Source: Massalongia carnosa
Lineage: Eukaryota
Length of the DNA: 64,000 bases
NCBI GenBank assembly: GCA_965645245.1
Contig: OZ287071.1
Location: forward strand, 1,178,001 to 1,242,000
Reading direction: 5' to 3'
Each line of letters begins with the position of its first letter. The stretch's first letter is position 1. Under the pieces are notes generated by a model. The model did no database searches. It worked only from the letters and a program-made list of their open reading frames with translations, and was not told where the DNA came from. Made by a program: the position numbers and the translations under genes. Below, one piece after another: positions 51,900-64,000 of the stretch.

Positions 51900-54800
51900 A
51901 GAAAGAAAGGTTCAACTATTGTTGATTTTACAATAATGTTGATGCTAGTGAGAATTGATACAATAAGCCTGTTTTCATTAGCCAAGCAGTTAGTATCTTC
52001 AGAGTTTTTGATGATTTGGTCAGCTGCTGATAGTCGCTCGTGCCAGCGGCGCGAAACATCTGTTCTCTATTGTCAATAAGTCTGCAGAACATGATTACAT
52101 GTTCTGGAGTTTGTCTGTGCCAGCCACATGAGCAGGCCGGTGAGGTGACGGAGGGCACCCGTTGCTTGTAGAGGAAGTCAGCTACCCGATCTTGCCAGTG
52201 CGGATTTGTGTTGTTAGAGCGCTTTCTGCCTTTTTTAGCTGCGTGTGTATTTTCAGCCGTTTTTTGCTCAGTGGGACTGATTGTGCTATGGAGGGTTCGA
52301 TGACGCGATTTTGATATGCGCACCACGAGTCGTTCCAGACCTTCATTTGTCGTGCTTTGATTGTTTGCATCTGCTTGTGTCGGGCCGTTGCCGCAACGGT
52401 AGCTTTGCGGTGCCACGCCGGGTAGACTTCGAACCATGGTGGGTGTGCCTTTGGTGGTTAAACTATTTTTTGAGTCGATCAGTAGGCTTTTGGCCCAGAT
52501 GTGTTTCAGCTCTCCCGGGGTGGGCTTTTGAAGTCGTTTGCGACCTGCCTTGCCTCGAAGTTTGTCAGCTATTTTGTTGCATGCAGAGGAGATGATCTTC
52601 AATTGGCCTCCGGCTCGGAGCCGGTGCCTTGCCTGTGCTTGTAGCATGTCGAGATGCGTGTCTATGGGCGCTATGAATGTCTCTGCTTCTAGTACTGAGA
52701 TGGGAGTGGCTTTAAAGGCACCGGCTATGGTGCGAAGGCAATTGTTTTGCATGACGGAGAGCTTGCTCGTTGACGTTTGACTTTTTGACTTCTTTGGGCA
52801 TGTGCCATACGGTTGACCCATATGTCATGGCCGGACGCACCACGGCACTGTAAACTTGCCTTGCCTTGGCGAAGGTGGCACCCCAGGTTGATGTGGAAGT
52901 TTTTGTTAATGCCATGGATTGTTTGACCATTTTCTCTTGCGTTTTGCGAACGTGCGGTCCCCATTTCAATTTGGTGTCAATTTGTAGGCCCAATACTCTG
53001 ATGTCCGTTTTTGGTTCAATGTCGGTGCTAGCAATATTAATGGATGCAGTCATGTTGAATCTTTTGGGATTTCTGGACAAGTGTCTGAGTTCGTACTTCG
53101 TCGGAGCGAATACGGACCCGTGCCGGGAAGCCCACGTCTCACATTGTCTGTGTATTGCCTCTAGAGTTTTGCAGTTTTCCTCGGTGCTTTTTCCATATGC
53201 CAAAATGTTTGCGTCGTCTACGAATCCTATGGCACTTGTGTTTTTGCCTGGTCGATCCCATATTTCCAATAGATCTGCATTGTAAAATAGGTAAAGAATG
53301 GATGACAGGGGAGAGCCCTGCGGGATACCCGTTCTTACCGCAAACCGCCCGGTGACTTTTCGATTTATTGCTAAAGTGGTGCTTCGATCGCTCAGAAAGC
53401 TGTTTAACCAGTCGGTGATCCATTTTGGAATTTTTCTTTTCCGTAGGTTGTGCGTTAGTCGTTGATGTGATACCGTATCGAACGCGCCGGCGACGTCCAT
53501 GCTTAGCAGTGTGGCTACTTTGTCTTTTCCCTGTCCCCAAATCGTGTGAACCTGTTCAGTTAGCAGTTCCAGTGCTGACTCTGTGGATCTGCCCTTCCTT
53601 GCTCCCATCTGTGTGTCAGGTAGGAGCCGGTGTGTTTCCGCTAGATAGGTTATTTTCGATCCAATGATGGATTCCATAACTTTACTAAGCGTGTTGAGCA
53701 GTGCAATTGGTCGGTAGGCTTTCGGCGTGGTATAGTCTCCTTTGCCTGTTTTTTTCAGCGCTATTGTGTTTGCCATTTTGAAGGCCCGCGGGTGGTACGA
53801 GTGTGTGACGCACGCCTGAAACAGAGGTGTTAGTAGTTCGACAAGTATTTCGCTGCATGCTTTGAGTATTCTGTTAGATATGCCGTCTGGGCCCGGTGCC
53901 TTATCGGACTTGAGCCGACTCAGGGCCGTCGATACTTCTGACTTAGTGATGATTATTGGGCAGTGCGGCGATGTAGGATAGAAGGATCCTTCTAAGTCGC
54001 TTAGGTCGGCCGGTGGTGGTGCGGGAAAGAAGACACCTTTCAGCATTTCGGCTTTTTGGTCAAACGTGTCTGCTACTTGGTCATTGAATTTTAGCATCGG
54101 CATTTTGGATACTTCTCTAGATTGATGAATTTTGTCTTTGGCCCATTTCGCTAGCCGCCATAGTCCCTGAGGCGTTTCGGTGGCCTTATTGATTTCTTGA
54201 CGAAAGTTTGTTCTCTTTGCCTTTTGAATGATTTTCTGTTTTTTATCATTGGATTTCATATAGTTAGACCAGTCCGTTAGGTCTAACGTGCTGGACCATA
54301 TGCGGCGTAGTTTCCGTGTGGCTTTGGTGGCAATGCTGCATTCTTCTGTCCAGAATGGCTTAGCATATTCGCTAGATTTTGCCCATGGAACTGCTTCGTT
54401 GATGACATTTTGTAGAAATTTTTGAATCGATTCCGTGTACGCATCAATCTCGGCAGTGGTACGGGGAGACTCCGGTATAGGGGCGTGTCGTTCGGCCTCC
54501 CTTAATTTTTCCAGGTTTAGAAGTTTCCATGCTCTGCGTTTGATTTTCGGTTGCGGCTCGCTTCCGAGTAGGATGCGGGTTGATATCGGCACGTGATCGG
54601 ATGATTGATTCAATTCTGGTCTGGACATGCAGTGTTCGAGTCTTTCGACTTAGATATTCTGACATGAAAACCAAATCTATCGTGCTAGACGTGTTTCTTG
54701 CTTCCCATGTTACGGTGCCTTTCGGCAGTGTCAACGAAAGATTATGATCATCGATTATTTCTAGTAATTGATCAGCAGCAGCGTGTTGTGTGGGTCTTGA

Positions 54801-55300
54801 GGGACCATTCCAAAAGGGATGATGCAGGTTGAAATCTCCAAGTAGTATGTGATGCGCATCGGCGGTAAGCATGCTCCGAGCCGCCGGTAAGGTCGTGTGA
54901 ATGTCAGTGGATGAATAGGAGGCGGGAGAGGGGTTATACACATTATGGACGTGAATTGTTTCCATAACGCCTTCGGTGTTTCCATAACGCCTTCGGTGTA
55001 GGTCTTTATTTTCAAAGTGCACATGTCGGCCGAGGTGAATTCCACCTCCCAGCTGTCAGTGTCTATTAGGTCGTTGGCATAAAAGCACACTCTGGTGTCA
55101 CCTCCTGGGCGGTATAGGAGGTGAAAGCCGCTTTGATGAGAACTAAGCGATGTGGGGGCGGATGGATTGCGCCACGGTTCCTGTATTGCAATAATAGCAT
55201 AGTCCTGGGTGTTTGTGTCTGCTAAGAGGGGTATCATAGTACTCACTCTGTCATTTCTGACATTATACTGCAATATAGAGAGGGATTTTGTGTCCCTCAT
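51900..55300 (-). pseudogene. LINE ORF2 (APE endonuclease, reverse transcriptase, C-terminal CCHC), frameshifted; 3' end approximate
   Basis: ILQYNV, IAIQEPW, LGDFNLHHP, IDLVF, SDH; KAPGPDG, YRPIALL, DVAGAFD, GIPQGSPLS, FVDD; CSCGWHRQTPEHVIMFC. A 20-bp tandem duplication at ~54960-54999 and further indels break the frame. Confidence 0.95.
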
Positions 55301-56783
55301 AGGATTTCCATCGTTTCGGCCGCTGTGTTCGATGTGACCTGAGTTCCTGCCGTTAATGCTACGGAATCTGCACGAGGCCTACCCAGCACTGGTTTTGCTA
55401 AGGCCTTTACCATATTTTCAGGATTCATGATGCCTATATTAGCCTAGGTGGGTGCTCGTCTCCCCGATGAGGGCCCGGGGGTGTGCCGGATGAGGGCGTA
55501 GCGTTGTGTATTTTTCTTTTCTTGCCGTTTACTATCTTCCACGTTGACGGAATTTCGTCCGTTTGTGTGACTGTGGGTGTCGACTCTCGTTGAAGTTGAA
55601 ATTGAAATGAGGGCGGTTGTGATTCGATTGCATAGAGGGGGGCGCGGTTTTGCATTGCTATTTCAGTTTTTCGCTTTTCAGCTTTTCAGACTTTGCATGC
55701 TGTGGACCATGCTTCGTGTCCCTTCTCTCCGCATACGGCGCAACGGCGGTATTGCCCCGTTGTCTCCAGATTGCATTCTTTGCTTTGATGTCCACCGGCG
55801 CAGTGACCACAGGCGGCGGGATTGCGGCATGATCTACCGATGTGTCCATATTTTTGGCAGTTGAAGTATTGAGTCATGTTGCAACCACGTGTGAAGCGCT
55901 CGCAGTCCTTTTTTTCGTAGCTTTCCATTAGGCCCTCGGTGATGAGCCGGTTAGCCATCTCGGCGGTGGCGACCTCTATATGAAGCGTCGAGTACGCTTT
56001 TTTCTCTCTGATGGCCTTGATTGACCAGGCTACTTTGACGATCTTCAGGTTAGGGTGCAGGCGTGCGTTAGCGGCCTGAAGGTAGGTGATGGCTGTTGAT
56101 TGATTGGCCACTTTGATGTTTTCCACCCTGATTCCATTCGCTCTTACGGTGAAGGTGCGGGTGTGCACCGCAGCTGAGGCGGCCACCATGCGGGTCCAAT
56201 CGGTCTTCTCCTGCAGGGTCTTCTTTGCGTCCAATGACTCTGCGTGAATCCTGCTGTCGCCGTTTAACAAACACGACACTCCCCTTATTCCTTCAGCTCC
56301 ATTTTGTAGTGTTTCTACCAACTCCTTGGTTGGCATTAGCTTCATTTTTTCCTTGTCCGCATCCTCCGTGATGTGAACGGTGATTTCCCGGGCACGTCGC
56401 GCTTCTCTTGGTGTGGGTGCTTTGTCTTTGCGGGCCTGTTGAGGCTTGACGTTTTGGTTCTTTGGGGGTGCGGGCTCATCTCGGCCTTGCCCTGTGGCAG
56501 CAGCGGCATAGCTGCGAGGAGTGGTCTCATTGCGCTCTATGCGTGTCAATGATTGTTGGATTGCCTGTAATGTGTCACCTATGTTGTTGGGAGTTTCTGC
56601 AACTTTGTCATCGACTAGATTTTGCGCTTGCAAAATTTCCGCTGAGTTTCTCAGCAACTGCAACGCCTCCGGGTCACCAACGGTGCCCACTCGATCAAGA
56701 TACTCCTTGATCTTTACGTGCAAACCTTTCCTCCTTTCGCTTTGCGCTCTCGAGAGTGCGTTTGATTGTTCGAGTGTAGTCAT
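55297..56783 (-). pseudogene. LINE ORF1 (gag-like, three zinc knuckles), interrupted
   Basis: (Y)FNCQKYGHIGRSC, CGHCAGGHQSKEC, CAVCGEKGHEAWSTAC. Premature TGA at 55686-55688; the frame continues towards the ORF2 start. Confidence 0.88.
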
Positions 56784-57895
56784 TTTTCCTCCTGAATCTA
56801 TTCAATCGTGTAAGTTGGTTATGTTTTCCTTTGTTTAGCTTCCTATCCTAGAAAGCATTATATCAATTGACGAGCAATTAATTCGCAGACTTGCATGCAT
56901 CGACTGATATCGTTATCAAAAAAGTATTTTTTTTCTCAAACTTCTTTCGTTTGCAAAAGAATGTATAAAAGATCGTCCCGATACTATTGTGCAGAAGGAC
57001 AAGGTCTTTAGTCATGCCACACGAAAAGAAGCACCTCGAAATCGCATTACGGCTATTAAAGCATGGACTCCATGCTGGACAAAAAGTCTGAAACAAAAAC
57101 AAATTCAGCAATGAATAGAACGAATTTCACGACATATAGAAGAACTCATCGCTTTGAATGAATGAAACGAGTATCGAGAGGGTCGAGACAATGGTGTGAT
57201 TCGGTCATATAATTCCGAAGATCGTCGCATTCGCTATCGCAAAGACATTATATCTGATAGCAGTGATGTAGACTGATCATGTCATAAGTCTGCATATAGA
57301 CCTGATTTTTAATGCATTATATCGTTTGAAAATGAGGTTGATGTGAAAAATAAAGATGATAAATCAAATATGGAAAAGGGGCATTGATGCAGCGCTTAAT
57401 CCTTAGTGCCATTCTTAGCGCATCCAAGGACTTTTTGTGTCATCCTCCGTACAAAGTAGGTTGTTGCCTAGAAGTGCTCGGTTTTTTTGGTACACTAACC
57501 CAAAGAAAAAAACCGAGCACTTCTTGGTCTATAAATTATAAATTACTGAATACAAAGCTTGACCTCTATTTTACATCGTCGAATGAGCTTCTCCTCTCAG
57601 ATCTACGGGCAGACCTTGACAGCTTCCTGGCTCTGTATCATGTTATTACATACAGAGTACATATTCAAGCTCTCACTGATCTAGCTGCTCGTGCCAGCTG
57701 GTCACCAGACGAGTCGCGTTGAAACTTCGCGTGACTATTCTTTATTTCGTATCCAAAACCCTCTGGATGAAAAGAAATACCACAGGATATGACGAACAAC
57801 CACAATAAATGCCAATCATATTGTCCTATGCAAGTCTCGCAGTTGAGTTCCTGACTGCGTATAATAGTACAAAATAAAAACCGAGTTTTTACCCA

Positions 57896-60316
57896 ATGTC
57901 AGGACAAAGGCATGCCTCTTCTCCTGCAAGACCCCGCTCTGTGCCTGACTCGCCATCGTCAGATGCGCCTCAGGATAGATCGTCGGCCACGGAATCGGCC
58001 TCTCGTACAACGTCAATAGCTCGCTTAGCATCATCTCCAGTCATCAACAACAATACGGCGACGGGCCCAAACCAGGGAATTAACGAAAGCGACCAACCCC
58101 TTGCTGGGGCAGGTGGGCAGTATTCGTTTGTGGGACCTGGTCAGTCCGCCCTAGCAACAGCATTACAAGGCTCCCTCGGGAGGAGCCCACCACGATTTGG
58201 GACACCTCCACGATTCGATACACCCCTGCTTAGGCCGCAGTCGCCGGCTACTGCGGCTGCTGCCCTCCAAGGAAACGAACAACAGAGCACATATGGCTCT
58301 GTCGATTCTAGGACTGTGCACGGTGCTCGGGGACGCTCATCACCCGCACCCAACGAGAACCCAGAGATTGTCAAGAGACACTTGGTCCAGTCATCAAGAG
58401 CGGAGAGCTCTGACGAAGATGTCAGGTCTGGTCGAACTAGTCACAAACCTTCTACTTCAAATCTGCGGCCCAAAAAACACAAGGGCGAGCAAATAGGGCT
58501 GGATGAAGATGACTTTTCGAGTCTCCAGTTACAGGGTGGAGATATGACTCGAGAAGTCTATCGATGGACAGAGGAAGCAGAAGCACAATCCCAAGCGGGG
58601 GGGCGGGGAAAACGCAGCCAAAGCTTTCATATTTCTCGCCCGCAGCCAGAGAGTGAGGTTCTTGACATAAATTCCATTAGGATACCCGGGGGCTTCAGGC
58701 GAAACTACCTTCGCCGTCATGGCCCTGGTCCATCATCAGTTCGGAGAGACCGCAGCGGGCTGGAGGTTCATAGATCGGCGCCCCGAGAAACACAGTCCCG
58801 GTTTTTTACTCATAATTTCATCGAGTTCCTCACACTTTACGGTCATTTTGCAGGAGAAGAGCTTGAGGAAGACGATGAAGCCTTGGGACCAGGCGAGTAC
58901 TTCTCATCAGAGACGTATGAAGATGGAGACGAAGAAGAGTACGAAGAAATTTCTCACTCCGATAATGATTACGATCAAAATGATGACCGAGATGGAGACC
59001 GTGCACTTTTAACTCCATCTACTCGAGCGCGTCGAAAGCGAAAACACAAAGATATTGGCACCTCTTCCCCTATTAATGCGGCGCTCCTACTCCTTAAGTC
59101 TTTTGTTGGAACTGGCGTACTATTTCTTCCAAAGGCTTATTTGAACGGAGGCATGCTTTTCAGCAACGTCGTCTTGCTGGCCCTGGCATTACTAAACACT
59201 TACTGCTTCATCCTTCTCGTTAGTACCCATGAAAAGGTTGGAGGCTCCTTTGGGGATATGGGTGGAATTCTTTATGGCAAGTCCATGCGTGCCATGATCT
59301 TATTCTCAATTGCCCTCAGCCAGATCGGATTCGTGGCTGCCTATATTGTCTTCACCGCCGAGAACCTTCAAGCCTTTATTGTTGCAGTATCGAACTGTCG
59401 TACGTGGATTGACATTAAATTCTTGATACTGATGCAACTCCTAATATTTTTACCATTGGCTCTCATTCGCGATATCAGCAAGCTTGGCTTCACAGCGCTT
59501 GTCGCTGACTTTTTCATATTGCTTGGCTTGGTTTACCTATATTACTATGACGTGCGTACTCTGGTGGTCAATCATGGTATCTCGGATGTTGTGAACTTTA
59601 ACCCACGTGATTGGAGTCTATTTGTGGGCACGGCTATATTCACTTTCGAGGGCATTGGCCTCATCATCCCCATCAAAGAAGCGATGAAGCAGCCTTCAAA
59701 ATTTCCTTCCGTCCTCGCGGGTGTGGTGATTGTATTTACTTTAGTATTCGTCACGATGGGCACGTTATCTTATGCAGCGTTCGGGTCGTCGACGAGGACG
59801 GTGGTCTTACTTAACCTTCCACAGGAAGATAAGTTTGTCAACGCGATCCAACTCCTCTACTCGTTGGCTATCATGCTATCCACGCCCCTTCAACTATTTC
59901 CGGCCATCAGGATCGCAGAGAACGAGCTCTTCACCCGCAGCGGAAAGCACCATCCATATATCAAATGGAAGAAGAACATCTTTCGTTTCTTCCTTGTCGC
60001 CGTGTCGGCACTCATTGCTTGGGGTGGGGCTGATGATCTAGACAAGTTTGTATCGATATCGGGGAGCTTACTTTGCGTGCCGCTAGTCTATATATATCCC
60101 GTAAGTCTTGTTTAGCTCCTCTGGTCGCCTAAACTAAAACAACGTGCAAAGGCCCTTCTCCATCTTAAGGCCGTACCGCAGTCGAGGCTGCAGCAGGTCG
60201 CGGATGTCACCTTGATCATCGTGGGCTTTGGGGTAATGGTTTATACCACCGCGCTCACGGCGAATAGCTGGGCCAGCGGATCAGGGCCTAAGACACCAAG
60301 CCACTGTGATACATGA
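57896..60316 (+). CDS. Vacuolar amino acid transporter Avt3/4-type; intron 60101-60151
   Basis: LQLQGGDMTREVY, PGGFRRNYL, NFIEFLTLYGHFAGEELEE, LLLKSFVGTGVLFLP, TAIFTFEGIGLIIPI, LSTPLQLFPAIRI; multiple TM segments. Confidence 0.93.
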
Positions 60317-60715
60317 GGGGGTGTTTGACTGGATACGCCGTTTGAATCAAGTTTATTAAGGTTTGTCCGAGTCATCGATACCCGCTGGTACGTTCAACAA
60401 CCCAGCATTTCTTTTGGAGATATAAATAGAGTAGATACAGCTGGACAGAATGATAAAGGTATTATTTCTATCTAATGCGGTTTCACTAAAAACTGCATAC
60501 CACTGCTTTTGTGTTGATCGATACCTCTTTTCCGATATGCTTGGTATGTTGCATCGATGATACCCTTGACATGCGCGGCCTTACTCGTACTCTGTATCTA
60601 AGCGAGAATTGCATCAATCACCTTTACTGGCCCACTGTAGAATATTTTCGAATTCAATTTAAATTCCGTACATAGCACATAACACCAACAAAAGAAGCTA
60701 ACTGAATCAGAATTT

Positions 60716-62259
60716 ATGGCTTCAAAGATATCGAGTTTACAAGACGTTAATGTCTCCTCGACCGCGACGCAAGTAAAACTGCAGTTGACTACCCGCAGTT
60801 CTGACATTTCTCTACCTGAGAATACTGGTCCCATCCTGGTTCATACGAGTAAGTGAAATGCAAAAGAAGTTGATGGGATTCTATTGACACCAGGAGGGCA
60901 TTAGATCTCCGTCGTTACGCCCTCTCCACACTCGTCAATACCCTTCTCCAATCCGAAAAGCCCATCCCCTTCGAATTCCTCATCAATGGCACTTTTCTTC
61001 GGACTTCAATCGACGAATACCTGACAGCCAACGGCATCTCGGCGGAAACAACCCTCACCGTTGAGTATGTGCGCGCCATCCTCCCTCCTCTCTATCTGGC
61101 CTCTTTCGAGCATGATGATTGGGTGAGCAGCGTAGATGTGCTGTCGAGCGCTTGCGTTGCAGGGAAGTGGGCAGGTAGCGGGAGAGTACGAGCTCTGGGC
61201 CATGAAAGAATACTTTCTGCTAGCTACGACGGGCTATTGCGCGTATGGAACATGTCGTCCGAAGTGCTAGTGACATCCCCGCCGGCAGCCAGTGGGGGTC
61301 ATACGTCGTCCATCAAAGCAGTTAAATTTATCTCCGCCGCTGAAGTTGCTTCGTCGGGTCTTGACCGCACTGTCCGAATCTGGAAATACGCCGAAGACCC
61401 TGGAGATTTCTCTGCGAACCTGATGCCAAAACTCGAGCTTTACGGCCATAAAGGCAGTATCGATTCTCTTGCCGTGGACCACCCTTCCTCAAGAATCCTC
61501 TCCGCATCAGCAGACCACACCCTAGGAATGTGGTCCACTAAGAAATCCGACTCCCCCGTCGCTCCTTCATCCCTCCTCCCCACCATCCACCCCACTTCTT
61601 CCCACAAACGCCGAAAACTTGCCCCTACTTCCACCAATACTCCTAAGCGTGGGCCCCTCGCCCTCCTAAAAGCCCATTCGGCGCCCGTATCGGACGTCAT
61701 CTTCCATCCCACAGACTCCACAGTCGCCCACTCCGTCTCCTGGGATCACACCCTCCGCACCTGGGACCTCCCTACACAAACGTCAATCGACACTCGCTCC
61801 ACCTCTCACGCCCTCCTCTCCCTTGTCGCTCTTCCTGCGTTGAACCTCCTCGCCGCAGGCACCTCGGCTCGACACATCACGCTTATCGACCCCCGCGCCA
61901 GCGCTACTACCATCGCAGTCATGACGCTTCGCGGGCATTCCAACGCTGTCGTCAGCTTGGCAGCTGATCCGGGCAGCGCGTACGGCTTACTGAGCGGAAG
62001 TCATGATAGCACGTGTCGCGTTTGGGATGTTCGGGCAAGTCGAGCGGAGAAAGGAGAAAGGGTTGGGGGCAGTGTGTTCGTGGCGGAGAGGGAGAGCGGC
62101 TTGGGTAGGGGAAGAGGTGAAGGCGGGAAGGTATTTGGCGTGGTCTGGGACGCGGCGGTGGGGATCGTGGCTGGGGGGGAGGATAAAAGAGTACAGATTA
62201 ATCGGGGGGTGAGGGTTACGGATGAGAAGGGGGCGGGGGAGGATGATAGACGAGTCTAG
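60716..62259 (+). CDS. YTM1: Ribosome biogenesis WD40 protein Ytm1; intron 60849-60904
   Basis: NLE domain (LRRYALSTLVNTLL, PIPFEFLINGTFLRTSIDEYL..NGISAE), FEHDDWVSSVD, ILSASYDGLLRVW, WD repeats, GGEDKRVQINR. Confidence 0.96.
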
Positions 62260-62660
62260 GCTAGCGGTCGAAGTTGAGGGGACCAAGAAGGCTGGATAAT
62301 GTTGAAAGCCTACTAGCTATCGAGAGTTACATACATACGTAAACCCCTTCATCCCTATTCTTCTTTTTTCCCCTACCTAATATAAGCATGCACGTACATA
62401 CATACATACATACATACACCACAATATATTACCCACCCACTTCCTATTCCTGAATAAATCGGGTAAGTCGGTTTAAACTACAACTCCTTCCCCCTATCTG
62501 GATGGATGCATCTAGAGGAGATTCGAGTCTTGGGAGAGAGAAAGAGAAAGAGAGATACTTTGGTACTATAGATAGCACATTCTATACTGAAGTACTGAGC
62601 AAGATACCTTCCTCCACCCTCATGCGTATACCTACGCAGTTCTCATCCTTAACTCATCTT

Positions 62661-64000
62661 TTAGTCCCCGGCGTCTTCTGTCCCTCCCCCCATCCTGCTC
62701 CATATCCTCGTCATCATTCGCATCATCGTCCCCCTCATCATCTTCATCCCCGTCCTCATCCTCGTCATCGTCGTCGTCGGCGTCGTCGTTGTCATCTTCC
62801 CCAGCGCTCTTAAGCCCATAATCATCCTGGAAGAACGCGAGCGGTTGAACCTCCGGCTTGAAGCCCTGGCTCTCGAACCCGTGGATTTGCTCCTACAATA
62901 GTAACAAGGGGTTTAGAAGGGGGTGGTTCTTCTTTAGAGAATCACCAAAGAGAGCAAGAGAGGGGGGAGGGGAAAGAAAATTGGGGGAAGTAGCCTACCT
63001 CTTGCATGATTGGCGCGCATGTCACGATTAGATTGGACGTCTCTGCCTTGAAAATCGGGAGCACAATCTCCATCATCACCTCCCTAATCTCTTCAACTCG
63101 CACGCCGCGAACACGCTCTAGAATAAGCTCGTTCCAGTTCCCCGGCAAGCCGTGAATGACCTGCCGGGAAAAACTGCTCTGCGCTGCACTTGCCATGCTA
63201 GCCTGCCCGTTCGCGATTCCGAGCACGATGCCACTGACCGCTCCCTCGAGCGCGAGAGCCTCGAACTCGGTCTCACCGTTGACAAAGCCTTCGACGACGG
63301 ACTTGGCGGCGTGGAAGGCGGCAAAGGCATTGGGAGAGCGATAGACTGAGAAGGAGAGGTGGCCGCTCTCCGTCGCGCGAGAGAAGGAAACGCCATAGGC
63401 GAGGCCGGTGCCGCGGACTGCAGTCCACAGAGGGCCTTCAACGGCGTCGAGATAAGAGAGGGCGACCATTAGCGCGGGAATTGCGGGATCTAGAAGCGTG
63501 GAGGGCCCTCGAGAGTGCGCAAGGGCAAAGGAGCTGTCGATCGTGGGCAGTGGGATGATGTAGGCCGAGAAGCCTGGGGAAAGACCCTTAGGTGTGAGGC
63601 GGGCAAGGCGGGATCCTAGGGGATTTAGGGGTTGAGAAGCGTCAAGATGAGAGATCAGGGCCTTCCAGGCTGAGACTGGGTGAGGGAGACTCGCAACGTT
63701 GGCGATGACGAGAACGCGAAAATTGGCATGTTGGGCAAGGGCGCCGCGGATGGCGGTGAGCTGGGAGATGACAGATTCGGGGTTAGTTTCGAGCAAGCGG
63801 GAGATGCGTTTGAGGTAGAGGGCTTGAACGAGAGTGCCACGGGCTCGTCCAATGGAGGCGGGGGACGCGTTTACGGCCATTGAAGCGGCGTAAGCCATCT
63901 AAGAGGTTTAGAATGCTTTTTAGAGTTAGTGAAGAGAGAGCTTACATCATTACCGCTTCGTTTTTCTTCAGGAATATCGGCGAGGAGCCGCCGCGTTGTA
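62661..64000 (-). CDS. M16/pitrilysin-like zinc metallopeptidase (YOL098C/Sdd3-like), C-terminal part; 5' end beyond window
   Basis: IPEEKRSG, YLDAVEGPLWTAVRGTGLAYG, FSVYRSPNA, LEGAVSGIV, acidic tail ending at TAA 62661-62663. Introns ~62895-62999 and ~63899-63945. Confidence 0.85.

Larger units (their letters stand above)
51675..56896 (-). mobile_element. Full-length Tad1-like non-LTR retrotransposon (LINE), degenerate
   Basis: 14-bp TSD GCATCGACTGATAT (51661-51674, 56897-56910), (CAT)n 3' tail at 51675-51699, ORF1 followed by ORF2. Confidence 0.97.
50527..57449 (+). mobile_element. Tc1-like DNA transposon B, degenerate, carrying a solo LTR and a LINE
   Basis: 26-bp TIRs CAGAGGATGACACAAAAAGTCCTTGG / CGGAGGATGACACAAAAAGTCCTTGG (1 mismatch) with TA on both sides. 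Transposase relics RSGRPPK, VIWSDETS, FMFWGCFSY, GKGGID*YRYQK, NEYREGR. Confidence 0.93.

Overview
Intron-rich filamentous ascomycete (Pezizomycotina) genomic DNA. The intact housekeeping genes are: pyruvate carboxylase (5'-partial), a small RRxS-rich protein, MPC1, SmB, RPL11, a small conserved-looking protein, an INSIG/Nsg protein, ADE16/17, a Zn2Cys6 factor, Ies1, DED1, cyclophilin B, mitochondrial uS13, an Avt3/4 transporter, YTM1 and an M16 metallopeptidase (5'-partial). An snR10-type H/ACA snoRNA missed by the ORF track lies head-to-head with ADE16/17. Accessory DNA comprises a Tc1 element, a damaged DMATS prenyltransferase, a 5'-truncated LINE and a ~10 kb transposon nest (47406-57449). 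The nest holds six elements: Tc1-A contains a TSD-less Helitron-like insertion, which contains a MITE and a 12-bp minisatellite; the adjacent Tc1-B contains a 116-bp solo LTR and a full-length Tad1-like LINE. It sits directly upstream of a VHC1 cotransporter gene with many lesions. Most notable points: the Helitron-like element with a non-CTRR end, an apparent CC-to-TC (not CpA) mutation bias in the older TEs, an alternatively spliced HAEL versus membrane-anchored cyclophilin C-terminus, and a perfect 21-bp hairpin upstream of MPC1. All calls are by eye; no database searches were run.
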